Of a DNA stretch of 64,000 nt, positions 1 through 13,116 are shown one piece after another. Source of the stretch: Chrysomallon squamiferum (lineage: Eukaryota > Animalia > Mollusca); the NCBI GenBank assembly GCA_012295275.1, contig CM022665.1:35650001-35714000 (forward strand). The letters are read 5' to 3'. How positions within the stretch are numbered: position 1 is the first letter of the stretch; every line of letters starts with the position of its first letter. Below the pieces are notes generated by a model. It saw only the letters and a program-made list of their open reading frames with translations, had not been told where the DNA came from and did no database searches. Position numbers and translations under genes: made by a program.

Positions 1-11
1 CTGTGACTTAC

Positions 12-222
12 TGTGTAATAATAATCATCCAGATATGGATTATCAGTCTGCAACTGCATGAGTTGTATCTTCACAATCCACTCTTTTTCTTTCTGTGTCA
101 TCAACCCATCATACTCATCAACATTCCTGTTGATTTCATGCTGAGGTGGTGCACGGTTATCCCTAACAAATCGACTATTGTACACATGTTTATCATGATG
201 AATCACAGAGCCATTATATTGG
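12..222 (-). CDS. PATL1: PATL1 exon 12 (start of Mid domain)
   Basis: TTTACAG acceptor, GTAAGT donor; encodes [36 protein letters not shown]. Confidence 0.93.
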
Positions 223-3200
223 CTGTAAACAGAATAAAATTTACAAAAAAAAAAAAAAAAAAAAAAGGAAGAAACTAAAACAAAAAAAAACATTTTTAAA
301 GGTTTTCTTAAATTAAATTAAATTAAATAAAATCTTTAAAAAATAAGTTTTAAGAATAGAATAAACTTTAATGTAAAAAAAAAAAAATAAAAATAATAAA
401 TTAAAATTAATTCTGAGTTACTTTTCATTTGAAACTGAAAAATAACATATACTTTCATAAACTGTTAACATATTATTATGATAGTTATTTTTCTAAAATA
501 AAAACTGCCTCAGATACTAAATTTAAAAAATAAATAAAAAAAAGATTTCTTGATAAAGAAACCTTTGTTTTACAAAATATTGCTTCAAAATCATATAAAA
601 ATATATTTTATAATGAAGAATTTTTTAAGTTCTAGACAGCAGATCATTTCACATAACTTACTGGTTGGCTGAGAAATGACGGCCTCTGTTTGTTAAGTAC
701 CCTCGAGCAAAACCAGGATCACTCATTGCTATTGGACGTGCTATTCTACAAGGGGTGGTTATTTAAAAAAAATATTAAAAATACAGATTATCAAACATGT
801 TATATACCAATTTACTTCTAGAAATTTAATTTCTTCATTTGAAGGTAAAATCAATATGGAGAAAAATATGTTGGTGTGTGTATATTAAAAATAGGAGTGT
901 TATATTTATCTGTGTTTTGCCCTCAGGAAAAAAGAATGAGTGTTTATTTTTACATTTTTAATTAATTAAACACTTTCAAATTTAAAAAAAACATTTATAG
1001 TTGTGAAAAAAAAACCCACAAAAAAAACAGCATGACAGCTGCATCAAATGAAGTGTATTACACTCTAATGGAAGTCTTTTAAATTACATACCTTGGTCCA
1101 TGTGGACTACCCATATGAACAAAAGGCAGTCCAGGACCTCTACCTGATTGAGTTATCCGGACTGGATTACTGAATACATGTTGTGGGGAGGTAGAATTTC
1201 CTGAAATATATATATATATATCTATATACATACATATACATACACACACACACATACATATATACACACACATACACACACGTGTTTATGTATGTATGTA
1301 TATAAAAAATATTTAGTTTTTCAATATAAATTTACTCCATCACAGCACATTTAATAACAAAAACAGCTAAAATAAAGAATTACATGAGAAACAACCAAGG
1401 ATGAATGAAGTAGTTTTTGTTTTTATAAATAAATAAAATTAAAACAGCAAGACAAATCACTAATGTCTAATCTGATTATCCTGTTTTTGCTTTTGAACTT
1501 ATTTAACTACTTGACAAATTGTAAAGGAGTTAAAATTCAAAAAAAGAATCAAAACATCCTCTAAATCTAATGTTCATTTTTATTGACTCATTAAATCAGT
1601 GAGTCATTACATTATGAAAACATTAAATATTTGTTACAATTTTTCAACCAATCACTAATGCATATATCATTATATGGGATTAATATGTTAGTCAATTTTA
1701 GAACACAACAAACAAAATTATTAGTACCTTATTAACATGTTTAAAATAAATCAATACATTAACAGAACAATATTAAAAAAAATTTTTGGGTAAGTTTTTT
1801 TCATAAATGACCAAGAGATTAGTAAAGACAACATACCTATAATGTACGTCTGATTGTAAGGGGACATTAAACGTGCTTGAACAGGAGAAGGGGGTCGGTG
1901 GATTGGTAAGGGTGGTGTATATGATCTAGCCAGTGGTGACTGAATACCTGAAAATACATGCAACTAAGCTACTTCAATTTACCAATTGCTGTCGTACCTG
2001 AAGCAAATTTTGTTAAAAAAAAGAAAGACAGCTTTATAGTATGTGTATTTTGACTTTTTAACTAGATAGTATGTATGTACCAGTAAATGTGTTATGTCAT
2101 GTTAGTAATGTAACAAATATTATTATTATTAGAGTTAAGTTCATTAAAACTAACTAAATACATGCAAGTTTGTTAAAATGTATCTGTTCTGACCTATACT
2201 GAATAATGCTTTAGCTTTGAAAAGAAGAAAATTAAACACTAACAGTCGTTAATAATTTTAAAGGACTAACTTTATGTACTTCATTCACGCACACACACGC
2301 ACAATATTCATCTAAATTATGTATTTTAGTGCTTGAATGGTTAGGATAAACATGCAAAAATGACATGCATTATAGTTTAAGTTTAAAAAGAATTAATAAA
2401 CTAAACACAGTATTTTACCAATGATGACTGGTGATTGCCTTGCTAATGTTGGTATGGGTGATACTCTATTTCTTAATGGAGAGGTCCCACACAGGAGTGG
2501 AGAATTCCGTCCATCAGGATAATGACATGAGATAGAACTGAAGCCAGTGTTAGTCTTAAAAGAAAATTACAAAACCATTAACAAACATAGCATAAAAGGA
2601 ATAATCACAATTTGCCACAGAAAAATAAACATGAAATTATTTTTTAAAAATGTGTATTTCAGTGAGAGAATAAACAAGATAAACCACCCTCCAACAAGTT
2701 TATACATGAATTTTTTAAAGCCCTAGTTTTTAACCTTAGCAACTTCATTAGTGTGAATGAGGTAAACACTTTTATCAGTTTTTAATATATTAAAATAGAT
2801 TATAATTTTGTTTTTAACCTATTTTACTGCCTGACATATTACTGCATTTCAGTACACTTATTACACTATAATTAGAAATCATATTACAATGGGAAAGAAG
2901 GAAAAAATAATCTGCATAATGTCAAAACTAAAAATTACAAGACTGGGGGGAATATTTAATTGGGAAATATATAAAAACGATTTTTTTAATAAGCTTCCAA
3001 TCCTAAATATATAACAAATTTACCTGTGGAATATTTTGCACAATAGTTCTACCAATGGGAGGAATTGGAACAGGCATAGAAAATGGCATCCTTTGTGGCT
3101 GCTGTGGTTGTAGATGGAAAGGACCTGGTTGACGAATGGACAACTCTTCCCGTTTTGTTGGTGATGTTGTTTCTCCTCTCATTTCCCTTTCCAAGTCTTC

Positions 3201-6200
3201 GGCGGTGAGAACCTTGACTGGTTTCTTTTTCAGTAGCTGGTTCTCTACTTCAGCCAGTGTTGGTGCACTTGCTGGTACTGAAGGAGACTGAGGCACGGCT
3301 GACTTAGACTTGATAATAGCTGGGCTCTGATAAGATAATAAGTTAAACCATTAATTCAGATCAGTAACCAAAAACTTTGGTTTAACATTTCTAAAGTCTA
3401 TTTCAATGTCTATTACACATCCAATACATATATAATATATATCATTCAAACTGCTGGGATTCATAATAGACATGTATTTCTACAAAAAAACAAAAAAAAA
3501 AAAAAACAGACAGAAATTAGTCTTTCTTTACATAGTTGAAAAAAAATTATATATATTTTTTTTTAAATATGTTTTTCATTCATATTTGAAACAAAAAAAG
3601 TTGTATGCAGGTTATATGAAAAGAATAGATAATTTTTCCAAGATTCTCTTTCTGTCATTTTGTAGCATTTGGAATCTCAAGCACAAATAGTTTTCATACA
3701 GCATCTTTCCAAAAATGTTAGGAAAGTACAAAAAAAGATAGGTGAACAAAAAACACAAGTGAAATTTTATATACCATCTTTCCATTTATTATGCCTATAG
3801 GGGTAATGTTATGCATCATTATTATGTAATCTGTGTACATCCACTTCCTTTTGCAAAAAACCTGAAACATTTATCTGAAAAATTTAATTTTTCAATTTAA
3901 TTTTCTAAATGGTCATGTCAATTTTTTTTTGAAGTTTTGTCATTTTTTGCCTGGCATGTCCCCTTAATTTAAATGGATGAATGTTTCACATAAATGATTA
4001 AAAATTCTGAAATACTTTATCTTTTTTAACCTAATTTTAAAAGTATTTGTTTGAGTATTTTGCAACTTACACTTGTACTCATCTGGGCATCGTTACCAGC
4101 TACTTTGGCAAAGTTGAACAAGGCCTGCAAGTTGTCTACTGGCTTTGGAAACATTGAATCTCCTGCAGGAGAGCCCCATATATCTCTGCTAGTAGGAGAG
4201 AGCTGAAGTGAAATACAAAGTATATTTAATAATTAAATACTTTTCGCTTATCTTATTATCTCCCTCCCAAAAGTACCTATCTAATGATGAAAAATAAACA
4301 GTTTCGTTTATTTGAAAATGCTATCAGAACAGCCCGTGAAAATGTCACTTTTACAGGTTGTTAAACTGCTCAGCTAGTTATGAATAAAAAATGTTAGGGC
4401 TTCAAGCTTCATTTATGCTTTGTAACCGATACTAAAATCAATAAAAAAATAAAAAAATAAAAAGTTTACTGCAAACTTAACCAGCCCAAACATACTTCAG
4501 TTTCCGTATCCAATAGTTCTTTTTTCTTTCTTTCCGAAATATTCCAGCTTACATGATGTGACAGGAACATCATGTCATGTTAATATCTGATTAAAAATCT
4601 GGGAAATTACTAATGCCTCTAATAACTTTTAAAAATAAAAAAGAAAGTATATTGAAATTACCAAATGTTCAGTGTCGAGGAAAGATGGAGGCGATGACGG
4701 ACCAAAGAGACTCTCCAGATGGGCCTCTTTCTTCTTAAAAAAATTTGTTATCATAAACAATTAAACAGTAATACTTGATTTGTTTTTAAAACGTTAACTT
4801 ATTAACAAATGTAATTATTAGCTGTGTGAAAACAAACAATTTGCAAGTTTTCAAAAGACTATGCACTGAAAAAAAATCCCCAAAAAATCAGGTCATTATT
4901 AAATATTACAAGTATATTTTAAGAAAGGTTTAAATCCATTAGGACTGACAGACAATCAGTCATCATCATGTCTGCATATAAGTAAATATAAAGATACGAC
5001 ATTCTGAATAGCATGTGACATTTCCCTAAGATTTAAAAATGGAAACACGGCCACATCAGATGATGTTAATATTTGTTAATACTTACATATGGTAAAGGTA
5101 TATCTCTGCTGGCAGAAATGTTGACAATTGCAGGATCACCCATAGGGCAACTTTCATCATCATCAACAACCAGCTGGCTGATACTCTGCTCCAGAAACTC
5201 CTAAACAAATATATTTATTAAAAATTATACTTGGAACAAATATAAATATACATGTATTCCGAAAATTGTGAAAATGTCATGAATTAATAATAATAAAATA
5301 TCTTGGAACTATGTTATTTATGGTCATTCATTGTATTTTATGAATAAGTAGTACAAGAACCTAGGAAATTCATACAATCTAAATTTTAACTAGATTGCAA
5401 AATCCAATATTTCCAATATAAATTTTATTTTAAATTTTTTTTTTAAATAAATTGTAGATAATTACATTAATTAAAAAACAAAAATTAAAATACAAATTAT
5501 AACAACTTTTTTAATCTGCCAAAATGTTTTTAATTTATTTCATATGTGGATGCAAGTAATGAAAATGGGAATTTAAAAAAAAAAATGGAAATCTACATAC
5601 CTCCTGTGATATGTAATTTTTATCTGTTGCTCCAAATACAGAGTCACCTGTCCTGCTTCCATTGTGTCCATTTTGTCGACACTCATAATAAGAACTGCTT
5701 CCACTCAGCTCCTCTGCAAATCGTTCATGTTGTTCTTGCCAATCAAACGAATCTATGAAAACAAAAAGAAAAAAAGTTAATTATGTTGCTATTTTCACAA
5801 CCTGGATAACATACTGAAAATTATCTATAAGTAGGTAGCAACAGGTAAAATATTACATTTTGCATTTTAGTCATTTTACTGTTAGTTAAGTAGAACTTTT
5901 AAATACAAACACACTGAAGAAATTTACCAATTTTCAAGATTGAGTATGCAATATTTAAAAAAAGTCAACTCATGAAAATGACAAAAACGAGTTCTTGAAA
6001 TGACAAACATACAAAAAGACACCCTTTCTGACAGTGTCATTTCATTTCTGATGGTCAGTGTTGACTGGGATTTAAGAGCCTGAAAGTACTCCACACTGAG
6101 AGGACTTGTAATTTTTCTGACAATCAGCATTGCATTCTACTTGATGATATGATCCTCCAAACATAAGAAGAAAGTAGAAATGGCTTGTGCAAACATGATC

Positions 6201-9073
6201 AAGCAACAATCATATAATAAAACACAAACAACCTAAATTTAAAAACTATCACATGGATAAAGATAATGAGCTGTTCTATCACTGACTGCAATTTCAGATG
6301 TAATCAGTGCAATACTGAGCTGAATTTGTACTTGGCATTCATATGGTAGCTATAAAATAGCATACTACTACTTTTCAGGCATTCATCCTATGAAGAATTA
6401 GCCTCAAGTTTTTGTTGTTAGCTGAAAATCAGTGAAATGTCAATCATCAGATGTACTTGTTACTGACTATTTTATTTTATTATTAACACTTATTTTGTGG
6501 AGACAGTTATTACTAGTTCATTCAGTGACTGTCTTCAATTTCTTGTTACTGTCAGCTGTGTTCAGACTCACACTCTGGATACATCTTCTTTTTGTTACTT
6601 GTTATAATAATACATGCAAATATTTTTCTTGACTTTCTTTTTATTACTTGGACCAAGTGAATTAAAACAATGACAGTAAAGTAAGCACGAAAAGCTGTAG
6701 GCTAGTTTTCAAATACTGATCAATGCTAACTTGTGTAACTACCCTTGAAGTTCAAAAGCTAAACTTCAAATATTTTTTTAAAATGTAAATCAGATTTTTT
6801 TATTGCTGAACAAAATAAAACACAAATGTATAAGATTATGATAATTTAAGTGAACTGGACCACCCATAGATTTGCCAAATTCTATTTTGCTTTGGTGAAA
6901 GTCTTTTTGAAAGCAGAAAATATGTAAAACAAATTAGAAATAAAAGTTAAATAAATTATTTAATAAGTTTATAGGAAACATCAATTAAGTGATCTTAATA
7001 ACCGACTTACTGAAATGGTCAAAAACAGAGATATAATTTAGTGATAAATTGTACTGTGTGATCTTGACCACCATTTTGAAGAGAAAAAAAGTCAATTAAT
7101 CACTTTATCACATAGCAATTGTTATATTTGAAAACAGTGTTGTCTGGAATAAATTCATTGCAAGATATTGTAATTTGTGTTTAAGGCCAATTTTTACGAA
7201 AAAAACAAAATTTGTTATTTTTATTTTATTCCTATCTTGCATTTTATCATTAGAACTCTTTCCAACAGTACAAGGAACAGCCATATGTGTCCACAGTCAG
7301 AGCCTGTCACCATACAAGGTGTGGCATGGTTTTTGTTGTACAGCACAAAGCATGTGTGCTGTTGTTTAAAATGTCGTGTTTTTCAAATTCATTGAATAAC
7401 TCATGATCAAAAAACATCACAGAATTCAGTGGCAAATCTTTATTTCTGGGTGAATCATAATGTCTCAAGTTGCTTGTAAGCTGAATTAAATGAGGTTAAA
7501 ACACATTTTGTACTTTGACAGTCTGCTGCTAACTATATAAATAAAACAATGCTCACAAGAATACTATATAAATATAAAAAAAATAAGAAATAAAAACAAA
7601 CTTTTAAAAATAACTCATTTATGTACAACTGAACATTATAACCCTTCTGTGTTTAATGTAAGGCTCATGCAACTCACCTGGACCAGTATCACCAAAAGTT
7701 TCATCATTCAAAATATCAAAATCTTCTTCATCTTCTGGTGCTTCAATAAGTTCATTGTCCAGTGGGTTCAGCTTCCCTGCACCTAGGGCCTGAACAAAAT
7801 AAATAAATAAACATATTAATTAGAACAAAAAACAGTTTGTGCATATCAAAAGATAAAACATGAAATCTAAAATCATGTTTAATGAGGCCTCAGTAATAAA
7901 AGTTGTTGAATTTCATTTTATAAAACAAACTACTTTCAAACCCCCAAATTTTTCTCCTTGCTTTAAGGCAAAAAAGACTGCAAAAACACTAAAAGATATG
8001 AGTAATATCTTATAAACAAATTCAAGAATTGAAAAAAATGCTTTTAAAAATACAAATAATAATTTTGTATTCAAACAAAAGGGGTAACAAAATTCTCTAA
8101 ATTATTTATATAAACTCGTAAAAGTAAGAGTTTTAGTATATACTAATTAAGTTTATTTTGTTGTAACAAATGATACAAATTTTCTTTAAAAAAAAAAAAA
8201 AAAAAAAGTTCCTATAACCCAATAATTTGAAGAAGAAAATGGATGAAATATTTAATGACAATCTGCAAAATGTTAACGTATAGGGCTTCCCCCACCCCTT
8301 TTTTTTTTATTAAATAATTTGCCTTGTAACAACTTTTGAAACCTGTATTTATAAACTGACAGAAGAAAACACATTTATGCAATTGGTTGTAAAGTAATTT
8401 ATATTATTTAGTCTACATTCTCCCTGTACAATAGCACTGCATTCCCTCAGCTGGTTTTAAATAAATAATGTAAATAAAATTTAAATTAATTCATAAACAA
8501 ACTATTTCTGGAATTGTCATCTGAATTTTGTTATTCTAAAACAAACAAACAAAATATATATATATTTATTTATAAATGAAATTCTTTGAATGCAATTTGG
8601 TTTTAAATGTTGTATATAACTTACAACCCAGAAAAGATGCTAACGTGACTAACTCAGGAAGCCACTAACTGTGACTAAGGGGCAAGTGAAAAATAATTTC
8701 TGTTTTAAGAATTTTAACTATAATTTATGTTTCTAATAATATGGAATGAACACTCTATCAGTCCACTATTATAAAAAGAACGAGATCTAGAAATGAATTC
8801 AGCTGACTTCAATTTAGTCACTAACAGCAAAGTGAAACTGAAAACTTACTGCTGACTCAGTGACACTGACTGTTAAACTTGAAAGTTAAAATCGTTTTTT
8901 TTTTTTTTAAATTCGTTTTCCTACATATTCAGTCGCTAATGAAAATGTAATTTCTATGTATTTTGTGCTTACAAAATGTGAAAAACAAACCCTTATGTAA
9001 ATGAGCTTATTACATCATATTTTTTTACACTTACAGAAAACCCAGAACCACTAGATACACGCGATTCGTCCAT
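12..9073 (-). CDS. PATL1: PAT1 homolog (mRNA decapping activator / P-body scaffold), 5' part; continues beyond the left edge
   Basis: Exons (minus strand): 9073-9035, 7789-7678, 5752-5601, 5200-5087, 4733-4662, 4202-4071, 3326-3024, 2554-2419, 1947-1837, 1200-1092, 745-662, 222-12. All are GT-AG and phase-consistent (1575 nt, 525 codons). Pat1 hallmarks: N-terminal [26 protein letters not shown] (DDX6-binding region), a Pro-rich region, and Mid-domain [33 protein letters not shown]. Confidence 0.93.
662..745 (-). CDS. PATL1: PATL1 exon 11
   Basis: TTGTAG/GTAAGT, phase 2-2; [27 protein letters not shown]. Confidence 0.8.
1092..1200 (-). CDS. PATL1: PATL1 exon 10
   Basis: TTTCAG/GTATGT; [35 protein letters not shown]. 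Confidence 0.85.
1837..1947 (-). CDS. PATL1: PATL1 exon 9 (Pro-rich)
   Basis: TTTTCAG/GTATGT; [36 protein letters not shown]. Confidence 0.85.
2419..2554 (-). CDS. PATL1: PATL1 exon 8
   Basis: TTTTCTTTTAAG/GTAAAA, phase 0-1; [45 protein letters not shown]. Confidence 0.8.
3024..3326 (-). CDS. PATL1: PATL1 exon 7
   Basis: TTATCAG/GTAAAT; includes TLAEVENQL and [11 protein letters not shown] helical motifs plus a P/Q-rich stretch. Confidence 0.88.
4071..4202 (-). CDS. PATL1: PATL1 exon 6
   Basis: CTTCAG/GTAAGT; [33 protein letters not shown]. Confidence 0.85.
4662..4733 (-). CDS. PATL1: PATL1 exon 5
   Basis: TTTTAAG/GTAATT with a possible tandem (NAGNAG) acceptor; [24 protein letters not shown]. 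Confidence 0.8.
5087..5200 (-). CDS. PATL1: PATL1 exon 4
   Basis: TTTAG/GTAAGT; [29 protein letters not shown] (Pat1 DPAI motif). Confidence 0.88.
5601..5752 (-). CDS. PATL1: PATL1 exon 3
   Basis: TTTCATAG/GTATGT; [17 protein letters not shown]. Confidence 0.9.
5927..7540 (-). repeat. Degenerate element, copy A, filling PATL1 intron 2 (inverted homolog of 13990-16180)
   Basis: The reverse complement aligns in collinear blocks to 13990-16180. Core 6078-6370 matches 15754-16046 with 13 mismatches in 293 nt and no indels. Confidence 0.9.
7678..7789 (-). CDS. PATL1: PATL1 exon 2
   Basis: TTCAG/GTGAGT; [37 protein letters not shown]. Confidence 0.92.
9035..9073 (-). CDS. PATL1: PATL1 exon 1 (coding part)
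   Basis: [16 protein letters not shown], then GTAAGT donor in phase 0; lies in a locally CpG-rich region. Confidence 0.78.
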
Positions 9074-10665
9074 GTCAAACCATTTTCATGTTTGGAGTTC
9101 CCCCATACAATGCGCAGAATATGATAAAAATCCCAAAATGTGCCGCAAACAACCAACGTCGTCCAATAATCAAAATTAACACATCTTCAAAATGTGGTTT
9201 GAATGAAGAAACAACTTGAAATACATTAAGAATCTGTAAATTTAAAAGTTTGACCTGGTTTCAGAATTATACATCTCCCGAAAAATTCACACAGCTACAA
9301 GAATTAAATAATAACATCCGTAAACTAACCACAAGTAAATAAATCGTATGTGTGGATTTTTTAAATTGAAAGTTCATTATCTTACGTTTAAAAGGAGTTA
9401 AATGAAATACGTCGATCCTAAAGCAATTTTCTGACTCGAACTCAAGCAGTTTTTCTGTTCTCTTATTCTAAGAATTTTAAAATTAATAATGTCGTTTTCC
9501 TGTTAACAAAAAATAAAAATAAATAAATAAATAAAATAAAATAAAATAAAATAAATAAAATAAAAAAAAAAAGAAGAAATAATACTAATAATAAATAAAT
9601 AAATAAATAAATAGTAAAGTAAAATAAATAAAAATAAAAAATAAAGGAAAAAGAAAACGGAAATAATAAAAAAAAAAAATTTTTACATTCTGTTAGTATT
9701 ATATTTGTAAAAGGACTTCAGTCAGATACACACACACACGATTTATATTTCAGTGCATTTTTTCCAGTTTTTTTATTATTATTTTTTTTTTTTATTTGTC
9801 GTTTTTATTATTATATTTACTATGTGTATTTTATATATGTATCAGTTGGAAATGAACTAAATCTCTATGTAGCACATAAGCAGGCTATAACTCTTTTTCT
9901 ACCTTAAATAAAACAACAGACCAGTTGTTTCTGGTTGTTTTGGGGTTTTTTTAGGTTGTTGTTTTTCATTATTATTAAACATTTATTGTGGTTTGGTCCT
10001 ACCTCAGTGACCAGATAGATAGTGTGTGTCATGTTATGCTTAATTTTAGTATATGTCAACAAGATTTTTCATCCCAACTCAGGAAAAGTTCTTGCGAACG
10101 CCGTTGATCAAAAATAAATAATCACTATTATGATCTGCACACCGATTAATAATAATGATTTTAGGGTTGTTTGTAGGGCTTTTAATTAAACAATGTATAC
10201 CAGTTTATACTCTAAACATAAAACATTAATGCAGCTAGTTTTTGTTAAAAAAATCGTTCAAAATATTTTATTAAAAAATCAAAACTAATAATTAAATTAA
10301 ACATTAATTTATTTGTCTTAACTACAAATAAATGTTTAACAAAAGGTTTATAAATAATCTGGTTGGAGGTGGCAAACACAAATATCCTCAACACTGTTGC
10401 GATATTTCAACAGGAACTGGTATTATAGAGGTTTACCAGTCAAACCACCACAACGCTCTCGTTCGATTTTCCGCCATGTTTCGTTAACGAAACGGAAATG
10501 ACCGAGATTACTTCGCAATTTTAAACTTTGTTCAGTAAATGTAATATCATTGCAGTTTATTTATAAGATACTTATTTTCACTTGTTTCAATAAGTTATTT
10601 TCAAGCTGTCACGGTGTTATTACTCCAAGCAGTCTGAGGCTTTTTGTAAACTTTTATCACTCGCG
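9074..10665. promoter_or_regulatory. Head-to-head intergenic/promoter region of PATL1 and DEAF1
   Basis: Start codons diverge 1.6 kb apart; CpGs cluster near both ends; YY1-type CCGCCATGTT at 10471-10480 and ETS-like CGGAAAT at 10493-10499. Confidence 0.7.
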
Positions 10666-11074
10666 ATGTCAGAAGTTGATATTTCGGAGGAAATTCCGAG
10701 CAATGACGAATCATCTTTCGTTGAAGATCAACAACAAAACGGTGAAAGAACTCCAGATACCACTACAATTTCAACAGAGAATGGTGCTATTCCAGCTGAA
10801 CATGTATATGTGGCAACTTCTCAGGGCCTTTTGACCGCAGATCAGCTTCATGCTGCAGGTGGCATCAAGACGACACACATTGTCATTCATGACCAGTCTT
10901 TGGAATCCGGCCTAAAAACACCAACAACTCCGCTCCCGCCACCGACTCCTGCTACACCTCTCAGTCGAGAAAAAGGTTTTAAATATCAGTGGGACGCTTG
11001 TGTTCATGCAGATGTTTTACCAGTTAGATGTAAATCATCAAACGGCGAATTGCACAAAGCAAAATTTGGCTCAG
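10666..11074 (+). CDS. DEAF1: DEAF1 exon 1
   Basis: ORF 10666; ends G|GTGAAT; N-terminal half of the SAND domain. Confidence 0.93.
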
Positions 11075-11254
11075 GTGAATAAAAAGATTATTTTTAACTT
11101 TTGAAATTAATAATTTAATATTTTTTCTTCTTAAAATATAAATTCTCAAATGTTTAAATATTAGCAGTTAAATTTGTAATATTTTTGGTTAAATTTCATA
11201 CAACTATTTCCTTTTTCTCCTCTTTTAATTTTTTTAAATATATATATATTGTAT

Positions 11255-11328
<74 letters not shown>

Positions 11329-13075
11329 TATATATACACACATATATATATATGATTCATTATCAGATTTACATTATGAATCCAAACATAAAATGAATTA
11401 TGAACAACACATTTTTCAGTTTTCTGTATATTATTAAACAATTTAAAGTATATTCATAAATTATAGTTAGCTTCAAATAATAGCCAATGTATTGCCTTAA
11501 AATTCACCTTAACTTCACAAAACTATTGTTCTGTAACTAGCAGTAACAGAGATTAAAACATCTTTAGCAGAATTTGACTGGTTTCAAATAGCAGAAAATG
11601 CTGAACTACATTCACCCCTTCCCTTTAGAATAGCTTACTTAAGCATTCATCATAACACTAGATTTGTCAGTAACTATATATATACTGTTAGTAGGCAAAA
11701 TAAAAGAAAAGAACAGAAAATAATGTATTTTCTACTCTTGATTATTGCTAATAATTAGGTAAACTTGTAGTGTAGAATATGATACATCCAGCAGTTCATA
11801 TAAATATGTGTATATGTGTATATGTATATACTTCACATGGAATCCAAATATAGCCCAAAATAGTTAATTAGTCTGGTGTAATGGTGTGTGTTGGGTTATT
11901 TTCTCAGTCACAGGTGTGTAAAATAATAGTTATCACAACATGCATAAGTTGAGAAATTAGGCTGACAATAAAAAATACATGAATAACAGTATCAGCTGGT
12001 TGTATTGTTCAGACAGCAGAATATAAAGTGTGCCATGTTCAGAAAAGTGTTCTTGCATTTTATTGCTAAATTATAAATATTTCTATTAGAATGTATGACC
12101 AAAGTCAAATTATTATTTTTTGGTTTTACCATTTAAGCTCATTGTGACTAGTAAATATTGGAAAGGTATCTAGCATTTTGTAAAAAAAAAAAAAAAAAAA
12201 AATATATATATATAGTAGTGTTAAATCTTACTCTCTGTGACATGTAATTTTTGTAGAATGATTGAGAATACCTAGATAAAATACAGTGGTACCTCAAGTT
12301 TTTCAAGTTATGAGCAGTTGCCCGGTCGATTTTTTGCTTTGAGATGTGAGACAAAATCTGATTTACGTGCAAGCTTCTGATACGTTGCCCCAACGATTGG
12401 GAAAATTGATATATGAGCAAACTGAGATACGAGCTCGGTCATGGAACAGATTAAACTTGTAAGTCAAGGTACCACTGTATTTCATTGTGCATAGAACATT
12501 TTCCATTTAAATGGATTATTACACATAGCCCCAGTAAATAAGAAACAGCTGTAGGTAAAATGCTGTCCACATTACTATCAATGTTTTCAGCACTAAACTA
12601 TATTTAAAAAGTAAAATAAAAATCTGTTAAAAAGAAAGTTAAATATAGTTTACATACAGCAAATAAAAAAAATTCAGCAGCAGTCTGATTGGCATTGTAC
12701 TGTTGCACTTACAATTTCTGTTCATCATTCAGGTGGAAGAGGTAAATGCATTAAAACACCACAAGGTCTGTGGTTCACACCTAATGAATTTGAAACACAG
12801 GCAGGGAGAGCAAGCAGTAAAGATTGGAAGCGAAGTATTCGTTATGGTGGTCGTACACTTCAGTGCTTGATTGAAGACAACATTTTACAACCTCATGCTA
12901 CATCATGCACCTGTGCTGCCTGTTGTGACGACGAAACAGTAGTAAGTATTGTTTAGAAGTTAATATAACAAAATGTAACTTATTTAGTGATAAGATACGC
13001 ACAGACAATTCTTAATTTAGTAGTGAAGAGAAGAAAAACAGACTTTTAAGACAGTTTGCTGTTTAATTATGGTCA

Positions 13076-13116
<41 letters not shown>

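Noticed and set aside
3-278. 91-aa plus-strand ORF
   Set aside because: Antisense shadow of PATL1 exon 12 plus an intronic poly(A) run
3798-3966. Possible MITE with TAGGGG...CCCCTTAA ends
   Set aside because: Only about 5 bp of inverted match and no clear target-site duplication
5924-7395. Short ORFs inside the mirror element (also 14244-14444 and 15915-16121)
   Set aside because: Frames are not preserved between the two copies and no protein family is recognisable
11196-11441. YI/IY-repeat ORFs
   Set aside because: Translation of a (TA)n microsatellite
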